From a virus (Duplodnaviria > Caudoviricetes): DNA of 64,000 nucleotides. The translations under genes and the position numbers were made by a program. The notes under the pieces were generated by a model. That model made no database searches and was not told where the DNA came from. It saw nothing but the letters and a program-made list of their open reading frames with translations. Below are positions 50,086 to 60,029 of the stretch, in pieces; position 1 is the first letter of the stretch; every line of letters begins with the position of its first letter. The stretch is taken from positions 32,001 through 96,000 of the IMG/VR virus record IMGVR_UViG_3300012662_000009. The stretch is one strand, 5' to 3'.

Positions 50086-51804
50086 ATGTTACTTACAGAA
50101 AATTCACAAAAATGGTCTCAGATTATCAAGGAGGAACTTGGTGTAACTGATTCCAAGAAACTTGACTGGATGTCGCAGTACGCCCAGAATCATGAAGTTT
50201 ATGAAGGTCTGCAGACAGGTTCTGTTGACGGAGGTATTTATACAACTCCGCTGAATACTATTGGTATGGGTAACCCCATGATGCCTAATGGTGTAGGTTT
50301 TGACAAGGGTGGAGCTGGTGTTGGTAATACTGGTGCTGATTTCCATAATCATGCTTATCAGGTAGGTTCGGGTGATGTTCCCATGAGCACCTTAACCATG
50401 GCCCTTGAAGTTGCTGCTGTGACTATTGGTCTTGAGCTCGTGCCTGTAATACCTGCTAACGGCCCCTGGGCAATGCTTTCGTATATGGATTTCCCGTATG
50501 CTGGTGGTAAACTCGGTCGTATCAATGAAACTTCTCTTGATGGTAAGGGTGAAGGTACTGAAAACAAGCCTATATATATTAAGGTGTCGGGTGATCTGAA
50601 CGATGTTAAAGCTGTTCATGATAAGCTCGTGGGTAAGACTGGTGAGGAACTGACCTTTACCGGTGGTGATAAGACCCTTACAGCTACTTATATCGGCAAG
50701 TCGCGTATCGATAACGGTATTGTTGTTAAGGTTGTTAAGTGTGGTGACGCAAATACTTCGATCGCCGATGTCTTTGGTCAGGATGTAACGGTTACTTCTG
50801 CAACTATTACCAGTGCTGTTACTATTACTAAGGCTGTTGCTGACCTTGTTGCTGCCGCTGCTGATCACGTACAGGGCTTCTCGAATTTCTTCGACGGCAA
50901 GGATGACCCCATGACTCGCGCGCAGAATGAGACTGGCGTAGGTAACACTATCGGTGCTCGCATGTTCACCAAGCTTGTTCAAATGGGTTCGTATGAAGTA
51001 ACTGGTTCGGTAACTCGTCAGCAATTACAGGATATGCCTTTATATGGTGTTGATGTTATTGGTAAGGTTCTGGAGGCGATGCAGAATGAAATTTCGCAGG
51101 CTATTAATAACCGTATCCTGGATCGTCTGTTCAAGCTCGGTGTAACCAATGCAAAGATTCAGAAGGATTACCAGGGTGTTGACCTGAACCTCTTCTTCGG
51201 TGCTTCGACAACAGCTACTAAGGATCTTAAGGATTTCACCGGTGCTTCGAAGTATGTTGATATCCATGAGAAGAACGTTGCAACTGACTGGGGTGCTATT
51301 AAGAACGCTACCCAGAATACTGCTGCTGAGAACTTTACCACACACCAGCGCAGAATCATGAGTCGTTGCTTAGCAGCCGCTAACTTAATCGCTAATGTAT
51401 CGCGTTTCGGTCGCGGTCAGTTCATCGTAACAAATACCCAGATCTTATCCGCTCTTCAGGACTGTGCGGGTTTCGTGGTAGCTCCGATGGTAAATACTCT
51501 TACTCAAGACGGTTCTAACAGCCTTTACTTCGCAGGTTCGATAGCAGGCTTAAATGTCTATGTAGATCCTTATATGAACTGGGATGACACTCGTGTATTA
51601 GTTGGTCGTAAGTCCGATGGAAATACTCCTGGCGTTGTATTCATGCCTTACATACTATGCGACACCGTTCAGACTGTAGTAGAAGGCACGATGGCTCCTA
51701 AGTTGCTGGTTAACAGTCGATTCGCCGTGGTATCGGCGGGATTTCATCCCGAACAAAGTTACTACACATTCATGGTAGATACCGATGGTGCTTATCTCCT
51801 CTAA
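50086..51804 (+). CDS. gp23: Major capsid protein, T4 gp23-like
   Basis: KW..I N-terminus, LELVPVIP, QLQDM..YGVD, EISQAIN..IL, VYVDPY, GVVFMPY, PKLLVNSRFA. Strong codon bias and a strong terminator follow. Confidence 0.9.
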   Translation: MLLTENSQKWSQIIKEELGVTDSKKLDWMSQYAQNHEVYEGLQTGSVDGGIYTTPLNTIGMGNPMMPNGVGFDKGGAGVGNTGADFHNHAYQVGSGDVPMSTLTMALEVAAVTIGLELVPVIPANGPWAMLSYMDFPYAGGKLGRINETSLDGKGEGTENKPIYIKVSGDLNDVKAVHDKLVGKTGEELTFTGGDKTLTATYIGKSRIDNGIVVKVVKCGDANTSIADVFGQDVTVTSATITSAVTITKAVADLVAAAADHVQGFSNFFDGKDDPMTRAQNETGVGNTIGARMFTKLVQMGSYEVTGSVTRQQLQDMPLYGVDVIGKVLEAMQNEISQAINNRILDRLFKLGVTNAKIQKDYQGVDLNLFFGASTTATKDLKDFTGASKYVDIHEKNVATDWGAIKNATQNTAAENFTTHQRRIMSRCLAAANLIANVSRFGRGQFIVTNTQILSALQDCAGFVVAPMVNTLTQDGSNSLYFAGSIAGLNVYVDPYMNWDDTRVLVGRKSDGNTPGVVFMPYILCDTVQTVVEGTMAPKLLVNSRFAVVSAGFHPEQSYYTFMVDTDGAYLL

Positions 51805-51837
51805 TGAATTAATTAACAATATCTTATAGCTTTTTTT

Positions 51838-51874
51838 AAGTGCTGGCTGCTTCGGTGGTCGGCACTTATTTTTT
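51838..51874 (+). terminator. Strong intrinsic terminator (cUUCGg loop) after the MCP gene
   Basis: aagtgctggctgc-ttcg-gtggtcggcactt-atttttt. Confidence 0.85.
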
Positions 51875-51972
51875 GCTCGGCCAAATTTTGCATCACCCAT
51901 TTCAAAAAGTTTCTTATAAAAAACTTAAAATATGGCGTGACTTTTATTATTTTATATAAAAAGTTATAAGAA

Positions 51973-54141
51973 ATGAAAGCCCCAAAGTATGAAGACTTAA
52001 ATTGCTGTACATGCAAAGAGTCTTATATGAAAAAGCATAATCCTAAATTTTGGAATTATATCAATTCACATTACGCAAATATCAATAAGTGGTCAGAAAA
52101 ACTTTATTGGTATTATAGCAAGCTCACAGAATATCCTAAATGTCCTATGTGTGGAAAAGTCCCGGAATTTCAATCGTTCAATAGAGGATATAGGACATTC
52201 TGTAGTCATAAATGTTTAAATAACTATCAAAAGATTAAAGATAAAAAAGAAAAAACATGTCTTGAAAAATATGGTGTAAAAAACGCCATGCAAAATAAAG
52301 AAATAGCAAGAAAAAGAAAACTTAGGAAGAAAAGGAAAGAAGTAATCCCTATAAAAAATTATGATATAACTTATATATATTATAATGATAAACAGATTAA
52401 AGCTCCTCTCAAATCTTATTTTATCCCAGGACGATCAGCTGAAACCAGTTTAAGATGTCATTTTCCTGAATTTTTAGAGTATCTTAATAACACATATCCG
52501 AAAGATTTAAGTGTTAAGGAGAAACTTTATTGGTATTATAATGGATTGACTGATTATCCAAGATGTCCGACTTGCGGCAAACCAACCAATTATATAAATA
52601 TCAATGAAGGATATCGCGATTATTGCTGTTATAAATGTATGAATGGTAGTAGTGCTAAAGTCGAAAAAACTAAACAAACATGTTTAGCAAAATTTGGTTG
52701 TATAGCGCCTGCACAATCTGAAGAAATTAAGCAAAAAGCTCGTCAAACATGCTTAGAACGCTATGGTGTTGAAAATTCTACACAATCTGAAGAAATTAAG
52801 CAAAAGATTCGCAGTACTATTATAGAAAGATATGGAGGTGTAGGAAATGCTTCTCCTGAGATATTAGAAAAATATAAAAAATCTAATATTGAAAAGTATG
52901 GTGTTGAGAACATACTTTGTGATCCAGGATATAAAGAAAAAATTAAACAGACTTGGATTGATAAGTGTGGTGTAGATCACCCCAGTAAGAATAAAGATAT
53001 TATAAATAAAATAATAGATAGCAGGCGAAAAACAGAAATAAACAAACATGATTATCTCATAGGTTATACTGAGAATGGGGAATGGATTTGTAAATGCCCA
53101 CATCCAGAATGCAATAAGTGCTCTGAGAAGTTTTATATTATACCAGTAAACAGATTTACAGATAGGAAGTATGATCACACCGAACCATGCACAAGATTAT
53201 TACCGATTGGAAAAGATAATACTAAGAATACTTCTATTGAATTATTCGTACAACGATTGCTTGATAAATATAATATAGAATATATAGCCAATGACCGAAG
53301 TATAATCAAACCCAAGGAACTCGATATATATATTCCCTCTAAGAACTTAGCAATTGAATGTAATGGAATATTCTCACATAGTGACAGATATAAAGATCCT
53401 GATTATCACCTCAACAAATCCCTTCTCTGCAAATCTCATGGAATAAGGCTTATACATATTTGGGAAGACTGGATAAGAAACAAACCAGATATTGTAGAAT
53501 CCCTTCTCCTCTCCAAAATAGGTATTAAACAGGGTCTTACAACGGTTTATGCAAGGCAAACTCAAATAGAACTCTGCACCAATAGGAAAGAATATCTCCA
53601 GTTTATGGACAGAAATCATATCCAAGGCCGTTCAGGATTTCAAGAAGCTTATGGATTAAGATGTAATGGAGAACTCATAAGCATCATGACCTTTGGTCAT
53701 AAAAGAGGATGCGTAGGAAATTACAAAAAATCTTCCAATGAAAATGAATGGGAACTTTTAAGATTCTGCTCCAAACTCGGATATCACATTCCAGGAGCCG
53801 CATCGAAACTCCTCAAGCATTTCATAAAAGACTTTGGTCCACAATTAATATACTCATATGCTTCTAATGACATCTCTGAAGGAAATGTTTATGAAAAACT
53901 CGGATTTGTAAGCACAGGCAAGACCAATCAATCATATTGGTACATAGACATTGAGACCGGTAAAAGATATCATAGATCTGCCTTTACAAAAAATTCTATA
54001 GTCAAACGGGGTTGGAAAGAGGTCAATGATTCCTCCTGGACTGAACGACAAGTTATGGAACAAATGGGTTATGTGCGATTAAATGATGCCGGTCAGACTC
54101 GTTGGGATTTAGATATAAAAAATTTCCGCAGTACTTGTTAA
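51973..54141 (+). CDS. Putative free-standing endonuclease, paralogue of 36642..38429
   Basis: Two Zn ribbons, KYGV repeats, CPHPECNKCSEKFY, LAIECNG, WELLRFC...GAASKLL...NDAG. Confidence 0.75.
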   Translation: MKAPKYEDLNCCTCKESYMKKHNPKFWNYINSHYANINKWSEKLYWYYSKLTEYPKCPMCGKVPEFQSFNRGYRTFCSHKCLNNYQKIKDKKEKTCLEKYGVKNAMQNKEIARKRKLRKKRKEVIPIKNYDITYIYYNDKQIKAPLKSYFIPGRSAETSLRCHFPEFLEYLNNTYPKDLSVKEKLYWYYNGLTDYPRCPTCGKPTNYININEGYRDYCCYKCMNGSSAKVEKTKQTCLAKFGCIAPAQSEEIKQKARQTCLERYGVENSTQSEEIKQKIRSTIIERYGGVGNASPEILEKYKKSNIEKYGVENILCDPGYKEKIKQTWIDKCGVDHPSKNKDIINKIIDSRRKTEINKHDYLIGYTENGEWICKCPHPECNKCSEKFYIIPVNRFTDRKYDHTEPCTRLLPIGKDNTKNTSIELFVQRLLDKYNIEYIANDRSIIKPKELDIYIPSKNLAIECNGIFSHSDRYKDPDYHLNKSLLCKSHGIRLIHIWEDWIRNKPDIVESLLLSKIGIKQGLTTVYARQTQIELCTNRKEYLQFMDRNHIQGRSGFQEAYGLRCNGELISIMTFGHKRGCVGNYKKSSNENEWELLRFCSKLGYHIPGAASKLLKHFIKDFGPQLIYSYASNDISEGNVYEKLGFVSTGKTNQSYWYIDIETGKRYHRSAFTKNSIVKRGWKEVNDSSWTERQVMEQMGYVRLNDAGQTRWDLDIKNFRSTC

Positions 54142-54191
54142 AAATCCTGATAAATTATATATTATTAATCATGAAAGAAAATAATAAGAAG

Positions 54192-54353
54192 ATGAAAAAG
54201 TTAGTTTTAATGATGGCCGTTTTGATGAGTATGGCCTTTGTATCTTGCGGAAAAGGTGCAAGTGCAGATGTTAATGACACAACAAAAGTAGATACTGTTG
54301 ACAGTGCTGTACAACTTTCGGATACATGCGTAGTTGATACGGTCAATATCTGA
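54192..54353 (+). CDS. Small lipoprotein with a Bacteroidetes-type SPII signal
   Basis: MKKLVLMMAVLMSMAFVS/CGKG followed by D-(S/T)-X repeats; it has its own terminator. Confidence 0.75.
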   Translation: MKKLVLMMAVLMSMAFVSCGKGASADVNDTTKVDTVDSAVQLSDTCVVDTVNI

Positions 54354-54389
54354 TGGAAGAATAGAAAGAATTTTAGAAGAATGATGAGG

Positions 54390-54424
54390 AATAGAGGTCG
54401 TTGTGAAACGATCCCTATTTTTTT
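54390..54424 (+). terminator. Intrinsic terminator
   Basis: aatagaggtcgtt-gtga-aacgatccctatt followed by a T-run. Confidence 0.7.
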
Positions 54425-54488
54425 ATATATAAACTAAATTTATAGGACCTATTTAGTATATAAATACATAACTAATATAAATGTATAT

Positions 54489-54617
54489 ATGAGTATTTTT
54501 GATGATAATATTTTAGACAGGGTTCCAGAAGAAATGATTTGGAATTGGCTTGAAAATACACAAAATATTTCTTTTTATATTCAAGATGAAGAAGTTAAAA
54601 TAAAGTATCTTAATTAA
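54489..54617 (+). pseudogene. Truncated family A remnant (42 aa)
   Basis: MSIFDDNILDRVPEEMIWNWLEN...; shares a 44-bp exact upstream/start sequence with the 38467 gene. Confidence 0.65.
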
Positions 54618-54645
54618 TTATTATATAAATATCAAAAAAAATTCA

Positions 54646-55152
54646 ATGAAAAATCTTAAAAACTCTATTTTAGAAGCACTTGATATGAATGTCCCTGAAA
54701 TGGGTATACATGCTCAAACTATTGTTGACAAAATAGCATGTTATATTGATATGGAGGACTACGATGTCACTAAACAATTCATGGAAGAAGTTTGCGCTGA
54801 ACTGGATAAGAAAGTTAAAGCCCCTGTAATTAAGAAAGTATTTGGGGTAACTGATAAGCATGAGCAAGAAATATATATGAATATAATTGGTATCTTTACC
54901 AGTACATTGACAGGCATTGACGATTATGAAGATCGTTATGAAAAACAACCTGATGATGTATTGAGATTTATTGAAAATACTGCAGAAATTCATAATAAAG
55001 ATTGGGCCGACGTTGATAACGATATATATGAGCATATAGTAGATAATTATGACGATTTTGATAGTGACCAAATATCTACAATGATTCAAAATGTGCATAA
55101 AAATTGGAATAATTTATGTCATACAGTATTAAGAGTTTTGTGGGCTTCTTGA
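54646..55152 (+). CDS. Hypothetical protein, paralogue family B
   Basis: MKNLKNSILE start identical to the 14277 gene; C-terminus WNNLCH. Confidence 0.7.
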   Translation: MKNLKNSILEALDMNVPEMGIHAQTIVDKIACYIDMEDYDVTKQFMEEVCAELDKKVKAPVIKKVFGVTDKHEQEIYMNIIGIFTSTLTGIDDYEDRYEKQPDDVLRFIENTAEIHNKDWADVDNDIYEHIVDNYDDFDSDQISTMIQNVHKNWNNLCHTVLRVLWAS

Positions 55153-55178
55153 TAATATAAATTATATTATATATAAAC

Positions 55179-55208
55179 AAAAAAGAGATGCATATGCATC
55201 TCTTTTTT
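55179..55208. terminator. Perfect 30-bp palindrome, terminator
   Basis: aaaaaagagatgcat|atgcatctctttttt. Confidence 0.75.
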
Positions 55209-55271
55209 TTTTATTATAGGTACTTAAACGATATTTATAAACCTTATTATTATATAATAAAAAGTTATATA

Positions 55272-58200
55272 ATGGCCAGTGTTACAGATTGCTTAGTGCA
55301 ATTACAACAACTCACAAGACAAAATCTCGATATACTCCAAGCTATTAATGACGCTTTCCTTTCTAATCAGACACACTTAACTGCTAAGATAGGAGATGTT
55401 AAATATGCTATACCGTCTTTTCTGTCCTTAGAAAATAAAATCAATAACCTCCAAGATAATTTCAATAACCTTATAAATGCACCCAAGACGGGTGAAGCGA
55501 CTTTTAATCTTGATGGAAATTCTCGTTCGATCGAAGTGCGAGGTTATACACATGCTCCTAATAGAGTTGTATTAAGTGAAGTTAATGAATTTGGGATAGA
55601 ACAAAATGATATATTCAAAGACTTCTTAACACCTGTGCCTTATATAACATTCTCGCTCAAGGATTTACCTAATGACATTACATCAGTAAATATTAAGAAG
55701 ATAATCCCTAAAACTGACGAGCTCGAAGCCTTTTTCGTGGGATTAATAGATAAGAATACTGCTTCTAAATCATATTCGTATGCGGATTTATATAAAAAAC
55801 TTTATATATATGAAGAAGATAAAGATTATATTGAATATGATACCGTCAAGAAACTTCCTATAAGAAAAAATATAGGATCATCAACATATGTCATAGGTTC
55901 TATTAAATCAGATAATATAGACGAAAATCTTGATGAATATATAACTCTCCAGTTACGGAGCGATTTGAATATAGAAAATGATCCCAATTACACCAATAAA
56001 TTGACTTATAGACTCTTTGATGAGACTATAGAAAAACCTTTAAAAATAGGGGATCAATTAGTAACCTTTGATGACTCCGCCAAAGTTGAGATAACGGAAA
56101 TCCAACAGAATACTAATACTATCACTGTTAAAGTCCTCAGTGGTGAATATCTCAATCTCATGGAAGATTCTACTAATATGGACGTTTATAATATCTCGGA
56201 TCTCGCCAAACTAAAATTTTATTCCCCTATAGATTTTGATAATGATAAATATATAAGAGTTCCACTGGAAGAAGACCAGTATGTATTTATAGCCATAGCA
56301 CCTCTCAATGATAGAATGAATATTCAAGCTCCATGGGGTACTGGTGTAGTTCTGAATACATATAACTTAATGAATAATGATCAAAATTTTAAAGATTATT
56401 ATCAAAAAAACGTTCGTAATATAGGCGATGCATTAAATGAACTTGTAATGGTCTCACCCGGAGAACTCACTAAATTATCTGGTGAGGACTTTCAAAATCT
56501 ACAAAGCATCAAACCAAGTATTGATACAGATCTTTTAAAGGTGGTCCAGATCAATAAACATCTTAATGATACTGCCACTGTTAAGAATATCAAATCTTTA
56601 TATGCGCAGAAATTAAAATATAATGCCGATCTACAAGATATTCAGAATAAGATAGCTGATATAAACAGCAAATTATCATCAGTGTCTTTTGATGATACTT
56701 CGAACATCAAAACGGTTTATACTCAACAACTCGCCGAATATACCAAAACAAAAAATTCTTTGGTAACATCCCTGCAAAAGATCGTGGATGAGATATCACT
56801 TGCAGCAAATTCTTCTGATATTCCTATAGAAAATGCTAAGTATCATATCAGAGGGTTCTTTGATTATAAATCTTTCGCTGAAATAAATAATATAGATGAA
56901 AGCCATATAAAGGGTATACAGGTTCAGTACCGTTATAAGAATATGGATAAAGCTGTTGGTAATGCAACTACCATAGCAGACAAATTCTTGTTCTCTGACT
57001 GGACTGAAATGAAAGGTTTTATGAATACCAAAGAAGTATCCTGGGACAATGGTTATCAATTTAATGTTAAGGAAGATACTTCTAATCAAAATGAACCTTC
57101 TTTTAATCAAATAGATATTGCTATATCTCAGGGAGAAACCGTTGACATTCGCTTGAAGGTTATATATGATTATGGTTATCCTTATGCAGAGGTAACGACA
57201 CAATGGTCAGAAGCGGTCAATATAGAATTTCCTCAGGAATTTCTCAAGGATGTTCAAGTGCTTGATATAATTTCAGAGAATAATTCTGATATCGAAACAA
57301 ATAGATTCAATAATATTCTTGTAGAACAAGGTATCACAGAACATATTGGAGATAAAATACAGGATCAAGATGTAACTTATTATCATAAACCAGAAAACAT
57401 CTCTTCAGGATTTTATACTTCTGAGAGACGAGTTATTCCCTTAAAAGACAAGCTCGCAGAATTTTCAAATCTCCTGTCACAACTTAAAGATGAAGTGCTC
57501 GGTACTAATTCATCTGCACTGTCAGTTTCTGTGGGTGTAGGTGATATCTCTAATAAAATATATCCTTTACAATCTAATAACATTCTCGTAGAAGGTTATG
57601 CTGATTTGGTTAAGGATAACGGTACAAAAAATACTACTATAAATAATTATACTATAGATGAAAATCAAGTTATAAGCACTCTCTTGAATATATCTATTAC
57701 TAATAATTCAGAACATACTATGAAACTTTATCCCATGTTCCCTGGTAGTTCTAATGAGATTATTAATAATAAGCCAAACTTTAAATACAATGCTGCAGAG
57801 TATACTCTGGGTGCTTTTGTGTCTTCCGGTGATATTGCCCAGCAATTTAGTGAGTTACAAGAATTTATAAATAATCTTAGAGATAAAAATAATCAAGAAC
57901 ATGATAAGTTCAAACAAGATATAACAAGTTTATACGATTTAATCCGAACAGAAGGTATAAAATTTGATGCAGAATTTGTTAAGACCCAGGCCTTAGGTAT
58001 TAAAAATATTATATATAATGTATCTACAAAAGATAGAACATTAACCACTGAAAGAATAGGTGATACTATTTATGCCGATTTTTGGACTGAAAATAAAGTC
58101 CCTGCTCAAAATATTAGTGCAGATGATCTAAAAAAGGTAAACAACATTTGTAAAGGGTTTATGAGTGAAGTTGAATTCCACTTCCAGTTATCCCGTGATA

Positions 58201-59249
58201 TATCATCCAATGACATTGTTATTTCCAAATATAAAATAATAGGAATTAAGTATTACCCTTATATTGTAACAAAGGAAAATGGAAATATAACGGATGGTAA
58301 AAAATTGTTCAATGATCCTATAGAGATAAGTGGTCTTAATATAGAATTTTCCTCTGGTGGCGCCGGTGAGTTTAATATAGATGACAACAACATATCTATA
58401 ATAGATTTCAAACCTCTATATTATTTGGATAACTCAAAGTTTAATGTGAAACCGGCGGATATTGCTATTGGTTATGATAAATCACGCATTTATTATTTAA
58501 AATCTCCTAATGAAGGTATAACTTTTACAATAGAAGAAAAATCAACTGATGAGAATAATAGGGCAAACACCACCTCTACAAGTATTCCAGTAACCTTAAG
58601 TAATACTAATGATTCTACAAATAATTCCAATATAACAACCCCAGTTATATTCCCCAGTGGAAATGAAACACTTGATAGTAAGGGTGTTTGGATGAGAATA
58701 GGTGAATCTGGTTATATACTTCAGAGATGTAATCAATTTATGAATTTTAGAACAAGTAGTATTATAGGTACAACTAAATATTATACTAAAAATCCTACTA
58801 ATGATACATATCAAGAAAATAATGAATTAGCTGGAGCATTAAACAGATATATAGATCTTGATAAAGAAAATTTTGGTGTTACTTTATACCCCAGCATATC
58901 TAATGAAAAGTCCCTTATATGTAATAATATAGGTACCATATCATATCAATTATTAAATCCTGGTGATACTATAGTAATTCCAATATTGTTAAAGTATAAA
59001 AATGGTCAATGGGTAACTAAAAAAGTTAACGGGAAAGATGAGACAATATTTGAAAGTAAGTTAAAAGATGATAAATTACAAATATCCAAAACAATATCTT
59101 TTGACCTCTTACCATCTCTTTATCAAGATCCTATAAATTATGAATTTACTGTCATATGTAAAAATAAATTAACAGATCAAGATAGGGCTTTGATGAATAA
59201 TAGAAAGTACACGGAAGATATTAAGTATACTACAACAGTTACTAAATAA
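55272..59249 (+). CDS. Large virion structural protein (baseplate/tail region)
   Basis: About 1325 aa, upstream of gp15-like and gp5-like genes; central coiled coil. ATG 55272 lies after the terminator. Confidence 0.55.
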   Translation: MASVTDCLVQLQQLTRQNLDILQAINDAFLSNQTHLTAKIGDVKYAIPSFLSLENKINNLQDNFNNLINAPKTGEATFNLDGNSRSIEVRGYTHAPNRVVLSEVNEFGIEQNDIFKDFLTPVPYITFSLKDLPNDITSVNIKKIIPKTDELEAFFVGLIDKNTASKSYSYADLYKKLYIYEEDKDYIEYDTVKKLPIRKNIGSSTYVIGSIKSDNIDENLDEYITLQLRSDLNIENDPNYTNKLTYRLFDETIEKPLKIGDQLVTFDDSAKVEITEIQQNTNTITVKVLSGEYLNLMEDSTNMDVYNISDLAKLKFYSPIDFDNDKYIRVPLEEDQYVFIAIAPLNDRMNIQAPWGTGVVLNTYNLMNNDQNFKDYYQKNVRNIGDALNELVMVSPGELTKLSGEDFQNLQSIKPSIDTDLLKVVQINKHLNDTATVKNIKSLYAQKLKYNADLQDIQNKIADINSKLSSVSFDDTSNIKTVYTQQLAEYTKTKNSLVTSLQKIVDEISLAANSSDIPIENAKYHIRGFFDYKSFAEINNIDESHIKGIQVQYRYKNMDKAVGNATTIADKFLFSDWTEMKGFMNTKEVSWDNGYQFNVKEDTSNQNEPSFNQIDIAISQGETVDIRLKVIYDYGYPYAEVTTQWSEAVNIEFPQEFLKDVQVLDIISENNSDIETNRFNNILVEQGITEHIGDKIQDQDVTYYHKPENISSGFYTSERRVIPLKDKLAEFSNLLSQLKDEVLGTNSSALSVSVGVGDISNKIYPLQSNNILVEGYADLVKDNGTKNTTINNYTIDENQVISTLLNISITNNSEHTMKLYPMFPGSSNEIINNKPNFKYNAAEYTLGAFVSSGDIAQQFSELQEFINNLRDKNNQEHDKFKQDITSLYDLIRTEGIKFDAEFVKTQALGIKNIIYNVSTKDRTLTTERIGDTIYADFWTENKVPAQNISADDLKKVNNICKGFMSEVEFHFQLSRDISSNDIVISKYKIIGIKYYPYIVTKENGNITDGKKLFNDPIEISGLNIEFSSGGAGEFNIDDNNISIIDFKPLYYLDNSKFNVKPADIAIGYDKSRIYYLKSPNEGITFTIEEKSTDENNRANTTSTSIPVTLSNTNDSTNNSNITTPVIFPSGNETLDSKGVWMRIGESGYILQRCNQFMNFRTSSIIGTTKYYTKNPTNDTYQENNELAGALNRYIDLDKENFGVTLYPSISNEKSLICNNIGTISYQLLNPGDTIVIPILLKYKNGQWVTKKVNGKDETIFESKLKDDKLQISKTISFDLLPSLYQDPINYEFTVICKNKLTDQDRALMNNRKYTEDIKYTTTVTK

Positions 59250-59258
59250 TATTTTATA

Positions 59259-60029
59259 ATGATAGATTCGAAAACACTGGCAATGAAGATTCGAAAGGGA
59301 GAGATCGACTGCAATAATCAGGATCTCTTCTTTTCAATCCTCATAAAAGGCCTCATAAATAAACTTGATGATGATATTTCTATAAGGGATATTAAGGTAC
59401 CTCATATGATTCTTCATACCGGAGATGAACAAATGTACCTTAATGTCAAAGGACAGGACAATTCTATAGAGCCTTATGAAGTATCTAATGAAGATTATGT
59501 TTATAATATTATCCCCAGGTGCATAGTAAGTCCCTCTAATGTTGATTTAATACCTGATCAAGTAACTAATCCATATTCAAGGGGTCTTTTACAATATGAA
59601 TCAGAAGATTCTATATATACCCTCTCAGCTGAATTTCGTAGGATGCCTGTTAAATTAACTTCTGAATTAAAATATTATATAGGTTCTTATACAGATATGC
59701 TTGAATTAATTCAACAAATAATTTCTAAATTATCTTTTATAAGAACTTATAACATAACTTATATGGGGCAAGTTATAAAATGTTCTTATAGAATACCTGA
59801 TAATTTTTCTGGAGAACATTTAGTTGATATAGATGAAACCACTCAAGATAACAGGTGTCGAGTCCTTACATTATCTTTAGAAGTCGAGTCTAATTTCCCC
59901 GTTTTTTCAAATAAAACTATCATATCAACGGATCAGATTATTAGAAAAATCAGTAGTAATATTAATATACATGAAACAGGAGATATTGATAAATCTCCCA
60001 TAGATTCAAATAATGATATTATATCATGA
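59259..60029 (+). CDS. Tail terminator / sheath stabiliser, T4 gp15-like
   Basis: IIPRCIV, MPVKLTSELKYYI..YTDMLELIQQII, LSLEVESNFP. Confidence 0.55.
   Translation: MIDSKTLAMKIRKGEIDCNNQDLFFSILIKGLINKLDDDISIRDIKVPHMILHTGDEQMYLNVKGQDNSIEPYEVSNEDYVYNIIPRCIVSPSNVDLIPDQVTNPYSRGLLQYESEDSIYTLSAEFRRMPVKLTSELKYYIGSYTDMLELIQQIISKLSFIRTYNITYMGQVIKCSYRIPDNFSGEHLVDIDETTQDNRCRVLTLSLEVESNFPVFSNKTIISTDQIIRKISSNINIHETGDIDKSPIDSNNDIIS

Noticed and set aside
50104-51900. Long antisense ORFs over the MCP gene (e.g. 50392..51024)
   Set aside because: These are shadow ORFs expected from strong codon bias, with no recognisable motifs.
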